Source of the DNA: Eubacteriales bacterium
GTDB taxonomy: Bacteria > Bacillota > Clostridia > Oscillospirales > CAG-382
Reading direction: 5' to 3'
Assembly: GCA_045593165.1 (NCBI GenBank)
Contig: JAZNWF010000004.1
Span: 216 to 64,215 of the forward strand
DNA: 64,000 bases
Positions 8,735 to 15,703 of this stretch are shown piece after piece. A program made the position numbers and the translations under genes. A model generated the notes under the pieces. That model searched no databases. It was given only the letters and a program-made list of their open reading frames with translations, and had not been told where the DNA came from. Every line of letters starts with the position of its first letter. Position 1 is the first letter of the stretch.

Positions 8735-9016
8735 AATAATAAACGCAGTGATGCGGAATAGTATGCAAAAGCATTCGCCGTACAGAGAGATGCCGTTTGG
8801 TGCGAGGCATTGGGAATTCTTTGCAGAACTCACCGCGGAGCGGCTGCCGTGAAAATCAGACGTAAGGGCAGACGGGAGCTCCCGTAACAGAGTAAAGATG
8901 TTTTTGCATCTAAGGGCATCCGCAACGGATGAAGAAGAGTGGTACCGCGGAAAAGTTAACTTTGTTTTTAACGTTTTCGTCTCTTTGAACCGACAAGGAG
9001 ACGGGAGCGTTTTTTT
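8735..9016 (+). promoter_or_regulatory. T-box riboswitch leader, specifier CUC (Leu)
   Basis: GA motifs GAtGCGG / CCGCgGA; AGTA in the 5' specifier loop; upper helix TGCAAA/TTTGCA; AGAGAG bulge; TGGTGCGAG distal loop. The specifier reads GAA-CTC-A (CTC at 8829-8831). The T-box sequence is AGAGTGGTACCGCGG (8936-8950). A terminator hairpin at 8972-9009 is followed by T7. Confidence 0.85.
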
Positions 9017-9070
9017 GTCGGTTGAACTAAATCTTCTTTGAAAATTTCCGGATCACGAAAGGGTTAGAAA

Positions 9071-10459
9071 ATGAAAAAAATCAACATTTCCGATATCACA
9101 CTCAAAAAGCTTTCGCAGGATCGCAGCTTCTCGCTTCTTTTCCGTGAAAAGACCGCAATCGCAGTATGTGCAGATTCGCTCGGTGCAAACACTGTTGAGC
9201 TTGCACCCGTGAAGAACGCGCGCGAGGATGCTATCATTTGTAAAACGATCTCGCAAAACGTACGCAACGCAACACTAGCTATACCCGTAGGCTTTACTGC
9301 CGACGAGGTTCAGACTGCTTGGGAATGCATAAAGGATGCCAAATCTCCTCGTTTGCAGATAGAGATTCCCGCATCCACCGTTTTGATGGAATACACATAC
9401 CACATCAAATCCGAAAAAATGCTTACGAAAATTGCAGAATTGGTAAAATGTGCAAAATCGTTCTGCGAGGATATCGAATTCTCCGCGCTTGACGCAACGC
9501 GCGCAGACGTTGATTTTCTCGTTGCCGCGGCAAAGGAAGCAGAAAGTAACGGTGCGAGCATTATTACCATTTGCGATGATGCAGGAGTATCTCTCCCGCA
9601 AGATATCGCGAATCTTACCGCAAAGGTAAAGGAAAACGTATCCATACCTGTATACGTTCAGGTATCCGATAAAATCAACATGGCGGTCGCTTCTGCAATT
9701 GCGGCGATCTCCGCAGGTGCAGACGGTATCAAATGCGCTATGGCAGGCAAGGACGTTCTTCTCACCGGCGAGTTGGCTGATGCGCTTAAAGCCTGCAATT
9801 CGCAGATAGGCGCAGAAACCGATTTAAATAACACAAAAATCCATACAAGTATAGAGGATATGCTTTCCAATATCAATCACGAAGCATATGAAAACGAAGC
9901 AACAGTAAGTGAAAAGAAGAGAATGCTTCTCGATGCTGACAGCACAATTGCACAGGTAGCACATGCAACACAGATACTTGGCTACGAATTATCCGATTCC
10001 GATATCGGTAACGTACACAAGGCGCTTATCCAGGTATGTGAAAAGAAGGATACCGTAGGTGCAAAGGAGCTCGAAGCGCTTATTGCAAGCTCGGCTATGC
10101 AAGCTCCCTCTACATATCATCTCGAAAGCTACACTACCAACAGCAGTAATCTTGCAAGCTCTATGTCGCAGGTTACATTGAAATGCAACGGCGAAACCAT
10201 TTGCGGTGTCAGCACGGGCGACGGACCTATTGATTCGGCATTCCGAGCTATTGAACAGTGTATTGGCTTCCATTACGAATTAGACGATTTTCAGGTACAG
10301 TCCGTAACTGAAGGAAAGGAAGCGTTGGGCTCTGCTCTCGTACGCTTGCGTAACAACGGCAAGCTATATTCGGGTAACGGCATTTCGACCGATATTGTTG
10401 CGGCAAGCATAAGAGCATACATAAATGCACTCAACAAGATCGTATTCGAGGAGGCATAA
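9071..10459 (+). CDS. 2-isopropylmalate synthase (LeuA) paralog with degenerate catalytic motifs and an intact LeuA C-terminal regulatory domain
   Basis: It is collinear with LeuA, but DTTLRDGEQ is replaced by DITLKKLSQ, the H-x-H metal motif by QVSDK, and no HESGIHQDG is present. The C-terminus GDGPIDSAFRAIEQCI...GKEALGSALVRLRNNGKLYSGNGISTDIVAASIRAYINALNK matches the LeuA allosteric domain. Confidence 0.7.
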   Translation: MKKINISDITLKKLSQDRSFSLLFREKTAIAVCADSLGANTVELAPVKNAREDAIICKTISQNVRNATLAIPVGFTADEVQTAWECIKDAKSPRLQIEIPASTVLMEYTYHIKSEKMLTKIAELVKCAKSFCEDIEFSALDATRADVDFLVAAAKEAESNGASIITICDDAGVSLPQDIANLTAKVKENVSIPVYVQVSDKINMAVASAIAAISAGADGIKCAMAGKDVLLTGELADALKACNSQIGAETDLNNTKIHTSIEDMLSNINHEAYENEATVSEKKRMLLDADSTIAQVAHATQILGYELSDSDIGNVHKALIQVCEKKDTVGAKELEALIASSAMQAPSTYHLESYTTNSSNLASSMSQVTLKCNGETICGVSTGDGPIDSAFRAIEQCIGFHYELDDFQVQSVTEGKEALGSALVRLRNNGKLYSGNGISTDIVAASIRAYINALNKIVFEEA

Positions 10460-10460
10460 A

Positions 10461-12920
10461 ATGAAAATCGTATTCTCAACAAAAAACGTAAGCAGGTCAT
10501 CCTTTCTCGACACCTGCCGTTATGCGTACGATTACGGTTTTGAAGGCTTCGAAATATACGATGCCATCAAGGAGCGCAGTCAGCATCACGACAGCATTTT
10601 ACGCCGCGACCGTGTTTCAGACGCAAAAAGAAAGCTGATAAACCGCAATCTTTCCGTATCCGCACTCAGCTATCCCTATTCACTTGAACGTAACGACGCG
10701 AATGCGGAAACGATTTTGAAATACGTGGATATGGCGGCAAGCGCGGGCATCGCTTATATTATAGTCCGTATTGAAAATGAAGTTGAATTCGACGTATTAA
10801 AGGAAAAATTAGAGCCTGCAGTCAAGCGTGCAGAAATCTCCGACGTCGGTATACTTTTGGAAACCGTAGGATACCTTTCCGACACGGAAAAGGTAATAGA
10901 AATAATCAACCGCTTTTCTTCTGCCGCAATAGGCGCATCGTGGAACGTACGAGGCACTTATTTCGGCGCAGGTGAAACGGCTGAAACCACCATCAAGGTA
11001 CTCGGCGCATACATAAAATACGTACGCTTGGGCGATATGAAGGACGGCAAGACCGTGCTTATCGGAGAGGGCGAGCTTCCTGTGGAAAAGCTCCTCGGTG
11101 CGCTTTCCTCGCTGAATTTCGACGGATTTATCTGCGCGGCGTGGAACGAGGAAATAAACGACGCAGATATCGTGCTCACCCATTTCACAAATTACATCGC
11201 ATCTTTAAGCCGCGACAAAAAGGAGCACGACCGTTATTATTACAACCGCTCGAGAACCGGCACGTTCGTATGGAAGAAATACGACGTTATCGACGCAACC
11301 TTCTCCGACGTGCTTGACACAATGGTAGAAAACTACCCCGACCAGTACGCCTTCAAATACCCAACGCTTGATTACACGAGAACCTACGAGCAGTTCCGCC
11401 GTGACGTAGACGAATGTGCGGCAGCGCTCATTTCTTTGGGCGTAAAGGCGGGCGACCACGTCGCTGTTTGGGCAACCAACGTACCCGAATGGTATATTAC
11501 CTTCTGGGCAACCACAAAAATCGGTGCAGTTCTGGTAACGGTAAATACCGCATACAAGATTCACGAAATAGAATACCTGTTAAAGCAGTCCGACACTCAT
11601 ACGCTCGTTATGATCGAGTACTGTAAAGACATCAACTACAAGGAAATTATACAAGAGCTCTGCCCCGAGCTTGAAACGCTTACTCCCGGAAAACCGCTTT
11701 ATTCGAAAAACCTTCCCTTCTTGCGCAACGTTGTAACCGTTGGATTTTCGATGAACGGCTGTCTGGATTGGAATCAGATGCTTTCGCGTTCCTCGCTCGT
11801 TCCCCGCGAAGAAGTGCGCAGACGCGCTTCCTTGGTTAAGCCCGATGACGTATGTAATATGCAATATACCTCGGGTACGACAGGCTTCCCCAAGGGTGTT
11901 ATGCTCACTCACCGCAACATAGTAAACAACGGCAAGACAATCGGCGACAGAATGGACCTTTCCACCGCCGACCGTATGATGATACAGGTTCCGATGTTCC
12001 ATTGCTTCGGCATGGTGCTTTCGATGACCTCTATGATGACCCACGGCGGCACGCTTTGCCCTATTCCCTATTTCTCGCCCAAATCATCGCTTGCCTGCGT
12101 AAACGACGAGCACATAACCTGCTTCAACGGCGTTCCTACTATGTTTATCGCGATGTTCAACCACAAGGATTTTGCAAAAACCGACTTCTCGTATATGAGA
12201 ACCGGTATCATGGCAGGCGCAAACTGCCCTGCAGACCTTATGCGCCGTGCGGCAGATGAAATGAAGATGCGCGAGATAATCTCAGTTTACGGACAGACCG
12301 AGGCTTCGCCCGGCTGTACTATGGGCGAGGTAAACGAGGACATTGACCACCGCGTTGAAACGGTAGGCAGCCCCTTCCCCGGTGTTGAATGCAAGGTTAT
12401 CGACCCCGAAACGGGAGAAGAACTTCCCGACGGAGAAAGCGGCGAATTTGTAGCGCGCGGCTTCAATATTATGAAGGGTTATTACAAGATGCCCGAGGCA
12501 ACCGCACAAGCGATCGATGCTGACGGTTGGCTTCACAGCGGTGATATATGCTGTCGCACCCCCGACGGATACTACAAAGTAACCGGCAGATTGAAGGATA
12601 TGATAATCCGCGGCGGCGAAAACCTTTACCCGCGCGAAATCGAAGAGTTTTACCTTACCAACCCTAAGGTACGCGACGTTCAGGTTGTTGGCGTTCCCGA
12701 CGAAAAGTACGGCGAGGAATGCTGTGCGTGGGTAATACTCCACAAGGGCGAAACGGCAGACGAAAACGAAATGAAGGAATTCGGCAATGCGTTTATCGCG
12801 CGTCACAAGGTTCCGAGATATTTCCTTTTCGTCAATGAATTCCCGATGAATGCCGCAGGTAAAATACTCAAATACAAGATGCGTGACGAATCTGTTGAGA
12901 TTTTAGGGCTCAAAAAATAA
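10461..12920 (+). CDS. Fusion protein: xylose-isomerase-like TIM barrel (sugar phosphate isomerase/epimerase fold) plus an AMP-dependent acyl-CoA ligase (FadD/YngI-like)
   Basis: ATG at 10461 follows GAGGAGG; the tracked start at 10425 overlaps the upstream gene. About 270 N-terminal aa look like a TIM barrel (FEGFEIYD, ILLETVG, YVRLGD). The C-terminal part has AMP-binding motifs: MQYTSGTTGFPKGVMLTHRN, YGQTE, GWLHSGD, IIRGGENLYPREIE, AAGKILK. Confidence 0.75.
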   Translation: MKIVFSTKNVSRSSFLDTCRYAYDYGFEGFEIYDAIKERSQHHDSILRRDRVSDAKRKLINRNLSVSALSYPYSLERNDANAETILKYVDMAASAGIAYIIVRIENEVEFDVLKEKLEPAVKRAEISDVGILLETVGYLSDTEKVIEIINRFSSAAIGASWNVRGTYFGAGETAETTIKVLGAYIKYVRLGDMKDGKTVLIGEGELPVEKLLGALSSLNFDGFICAAWNEEINDADIVLTHFTNYIASLSRDKKEHDRYYYNRSRTGTFVWKKYDVIDATFSDVLDTMVENYPDQYAFKYPTLDYTRTYEQFRRDVDECAAALISLGVKAGDHVAVWATNVPEWYITFWATTKIGAVLVTVNTAYKIHEIEYLLKQSDTHTLVMIEYCKDINYKEIIQELCPELETLTPGKPLYSKNLPFLRNVVTVGFSMNGCLDWNQMLSRSSLVPREEVRRRASLVKPDDVCNMQYTSGTTGFPKGVMLTHRNIVNNGKTIGDRMDLSTADRMMIQVPMFHCFGMVLSMTSMMTHGGTLCPIPYFSPKSSLACVNDEHITCFNGVPTMFIAMFNHKDFAKTDFSYMRTGIMAGANCPADLMRRAADEMKMREIISVYGQTEASPGCTMGEVNEDIDHRVETVGSPFPGVECKVIDPETGEELPDGESGEFVARGFNIMKGYYKMPEATAQAIDADGWLHSGDICCRTPDGYYKVTGRLKDMIIRGGENLYPREIEEFYLTNPKVRDVQVVGVPDEKYGEECCAWVILHKGETADENEMKEFGNAFIARHKVPRYFLFVNEFPMNAAGKILKYKMRDESVEILGLKK

Positions 12921-12956
12921 CGAGGATAAAATTCCGCATTTTTTCCGGAAAAACTA

Positions 12957-12985
12957 TTGACAACGCGCTTAAATGAGAGTATAAT
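12957..12985 (+). promoter_or_regulatory. Consensus sigma-A promoter of T-box operon 3
   Basis: TTGACA (12957-12962), 17-nt spacer, TATAAT (12980-12985). Confidence 0.75.
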
Positions 12986-13009
12986 CCCTTACATCGAAAT
13001 TTGAATATC

Positions 13010-13272
13010 ACAAACAACTATGACGAAGACGGTCGGATTGCCAAATCTTCAGAGAGTTGGCGGTTGCTGCGAGCCAACGATGAAGCTTTCCAATGACCCA
13101 TCACTTCCGAGTTGGAGGACCGAAAATTTTATGAGTAGGCTCCTTCCGTAAAGCTGCGTTAAAGCAAGGGCTTGTCAGAGCCTATAAGGTGGCGGAATTT
13201 ATTTCCGCAATTTGAGTGGTACCGCGAGTTGTATGACCCGTCTCAAAGCAAAACTTTGGGACGGGTTTTTTG
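13010..13272 (+). promoter_or_regulatory. T-box riboswitch leader, probable specifier AUC (Ile)
   Basis: GA motifs GAcGAAG / CTTCcGA; AGAGAG bulge; GTTGGC/GCCAAC helix with a GCTGCGA distal loop. ATC-A (13100-13103) sits directly 5' of the basal helix, in the same register as the other two T-boxes. The T-box sequence is TGAGTGGTACCGCGAG (13213-13228). The terminator is ACCCGTC/GACGGGT plus T6 (13236-13272). Confidence 0.75.
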
Positions 13273-13331
13273 TTTTATTCAAATCTGAATTATCCGTATG
13301 GAGCGTACAGAAACGAAAGGAGCAAAACGAC

Positions 13332-15632
13332 ATGGAAATGAATTTGAAAGAGGTAGCAGGCAGAATCAAAGCGCTGCGCGAGGCAAAGGGCTATTCGCAG
13401 GAGGAGCTTGCAAAGCTTACCGGTGTATCGGTTGAGGATTACAAGCTTTTAGAGCAGGGCGAAACCGATTTCAGCTTTACCTTCATCTACAAGTGTGCAA
13501 AGGCGTGCAACGTTGAGGTTGTTGACATTATCGAGGGTACGAGTACTACTCTTACCTCGTTTGCAATTACCCGTAAGGGCGAGGGTCTTGAAATAATTAA
13601 AAAGCAGGCAGGCGTTTATTACAACCTTGCACCTAAATTCAAGGATAAGCTTGCCGAGCCGTTTTTGGTAAAGATGCCCTATATGGCAGAGGAGCAGAAC
13701 GCGCCTATCAAGCTTAATTCGCACAACGGTCAGGAATTTGACGTTATCGTTAAGGGCTCACTCAAGGTCCAGGTCGGCGGACATATTGCCGTTTTGAACG
13801 AGGGTGACTCGATATTCTACAACAGTATCATTCCCCACGGTATGATTGCTGTAAGCGAGGGCGGATGTGAATTCCACGCTGTCGTTTTGAATCCGCAGGA
13901 CGGTGACTACGCCGAATCCTATCCCGAAGCACCGTTCATCGCCGCAAAGACCGCCATCTCCGAAAACACGGTAAAAACCGTTGCAGATAACTTTATCGAA
14001 TCCTCATACGACGAAAACGGCGTATTTAACGGTATCGCCTTCAAGAACGACGACAAATTTAATTTCGCGTTTGACTGTGTAGATGCTATCGCAGAAAAGG
14101 ACCCCGACAAGCTTGCTATGCTTTGGGTTTCCAACGATAAAGCTGAACGCAGATTCACCTTCCGCGATATGAAGCGTTACTCGGCAAAGACAGCCAACTA
14201 TTTTGAATCGCTCGGTATTAAAAAGGGCGACACCGTAATGCTTGTATTGAAGCGTCATTATCAATTCTGGTTCTGTATGCTCGCACTCCACAAGATCGGC
14301 GCGATCGCTATCCCTGCTACCAACCAGCTTGTTGAGCACGACTTTACGTACAGATACAAGGCTGCACAGGTTAAAGCAATCGTATGCACCGCAGATGGCG
14401 AGGTTTCAACCGAGGCAGAAAAGGCTGCAAAGGATTTTCCCGGCATGATCAAGGTTCTCGTTGGCGGCAAAAAGGACGGTTGGAACGACTTTAATCTTGA
14501 AATGGAACGCTTCAGCACTCATTACGAACGCACCGAAGATTCTCCCTGCGGAAATGATCCGATGCTGATGCTTTTCACCTCCGGAACAACCGGTTATCCC
14601 CGCATCGCAACGCATTCCTTCAAGTATGCCTTAGGTCACTACCCCACCGCAAGACATTGGCACAACGTCAATCCCAACGGTCTGCACTTCACCATCTCCG
14701 ATACAGGCTGGGGCAAGGCGCTTTGGGGCAAGCTTTACGGACAATGGCTCTGTGAAGCGGCTACCTTCACCTATGACTTCGACAGATTCCGTTCGGAAGA
14801 TATTCTTCCCCTCTTTAAGCAATATAACATCACTACCTTCTGCGCACCTCCTACAATGTACCGATTCTTTATCAAGGAAGACCTTTCGAAATACGATCTT
14901 TCCTCTATCGAATATGCCACCACTGCAGGCGAAGCGCTCAACCCCGAGGTATTCAATCAGTTCAAAAAGGCTACCGGTCTTACCATTATGGAGGGCTTCG
15001 GTCAGACTGAAACCACGCTTTCTATCGCAAACTTCGTAGGATCTACTCCCAAGATTGGCTCTATGGGTAAGCCCAGTCCCTTGTACGACGTCAAGATCCT
15101 CGATCCCGACGGAAACGAATGTAAGACGGGCGACACGGGTGAGATCTGTATCAGCACCAAGAACGGAACTCCTTGCGGCTTATTTATCGGATATTATCTC
15201 GACGAGGAAAAGACCAACGACGTTTGGCACGACGGTTATTACCACACAGGTGACCAAGCGACTATGGACGAGGACGGATATCTTTGGTACGTTGGACGTA
15301 TCGACGACGTTATCAAATCTTCCGGTTACCGTATCGGCCCGTTCGAGATCGAAAGCGTTATTATGGAGCTTCCCTACGTGCTTGAATGTGCTATCACGCC
15401 CGTTCCCGATGAGATCCGCGGTCAGATCGTTAAAGCGACCATCGTTCTCACCAAGGGCACTGTAGGCACTGACGCACTGAAAAAGGAAATTCAGGAATAC
15501 GTAAAGACACACACCGCACCTTATAAGTATCCCAGAATAGTAGATTTCGTTGACGAGCTTCCCAAGACCATCAGCGGCAAGGTAAGACGTGTCGAGATCC
15601 GCAAAAAAGATTTGGAAAAATCCAACGGTTAA
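13332..15632 (+). CDS. Tripartite fusion: XRE-type HTH plus cupin plus an AMP-forming medium/short-chain acyl-CoA synthetase (ACS/MACS family)
   Basis: ATG at 13332 follows AAGGAG; the tracked start at 13212 lies inside the T-box terminator. HTH_3: LKEVAGRIKALREAKGYSQEELAKLTGVSVEDYKLLEQGE. Cupin: NSHNGQEFDVIVKGSL...GDSIFYNSIIPHGM. ACS core: LFTSGTTGYPRIA, GFGQTE, YHTGD, SSGYRIGPFEIES, ISGKVRR. Confidence 0.8.
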   Translation: MEMNLKEVAGRIKALREAKGYSQEELAKLTGVSVEDYKLLEQGETDFSFTFIYKCAKACNVEVVDIIEGTSTTLTSFAITRKGEGLEIIKKQAGVYYNLAPKFKDKLAEPFLVKMPYMAEEQNAPIKLNSHNGQEFDVIVKGSLKVQVGGHIAVLNEGDSIFYNSIIPHGMIAVSEGGCEFHAVVLNPQDGDYAESYPEAPFIAAKTAISENTVKTVADNFIESSYDENGVFNGIAFKNDDKFNFAFDCVDAIAEKDPDKLAMLWVSNDKAERRFTFRDMKRYSAKTANYFESLGIKKGDTVMLVLKRHYQFWFCMLALHKIGAIAIPATNQLVEHDFTYRYKAAQVKAIVCTADGEVSTEAEKAAKDFPGMIKVLVGGKKDGWNDFNLEMERFSTHYERTEDSPCGNDPMLMLFTSGTTGYPRIATHSFKYALGHYPTARHWHNVNPNGLHFTISDTGWGKALWGKLYGQWLCEAATFTYDFDRFRSEDILPLFKQYNITTFCAPPTMYRFFIKEDLSKYDLSSIEYATTAGEALNPEVFNQFKKATGLTIMEGFGQTETTLSIANFVGSTPKIGSMGKPSPLYDVKILDPDGNECKTGDTGEICISTKNGTPCGLFIGYYLDEEKTNDVWHDGYYHTGDQATMDEDGYLWYVGRIDDVIKSSGYRIGPFEIESVIMELPYVLECAITPVPDEIRGQIVKATIVLTKGTVGTDALKKEIQEYVKTHTAPYKYPRIVDFVDELPKTISGKVRRVEIRKKDLEKSNG

Positions 15633-15634
15633 TA

Positions 15635-15675
15635 AAAAAGCCACGCTTCCCAAACAGGAAGCGTGGTTTGTTTTT
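15635..15675. terminator. Bidirectional rho-independent terminator
   Basis: CCACGCTTCC / GGAAGCGTGG stem flanked by an A-run and a T-run, between convergent genes. Confidence 0.8.
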
Positions 15676-15703
15676 GCTTTATCCGATTTTCTGACGGTTT
15701 GCT

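Noticed and set aside
10425-10460. N-terminal extension of the TIM-barrel/ligase ORF
   Set aside because: It overlaps the 3' end of the LeuA-like gene. The ATG at 10461 lies directly after GAGGAGG.
13093-13100. Alternative specifiers for T-box 3: AUG (Met) or CCC (Pro)
   Set aside because: Only AUC-A sits in the same register relative to the basal helix and GA motif as UUC-A and CUC-A in the other two leaders. The alternative is kept as a caveat in the findings.
13212-13331. N-terminal extension of the HTH-cupin-ACS ORF (tracked start 13212)
   Set aside because: The extension begins inside the T-box sequence and terminator of leader 3. The ATG at 13332 has an AAGGAG RBS and begins a canonical HTH_3 domain.
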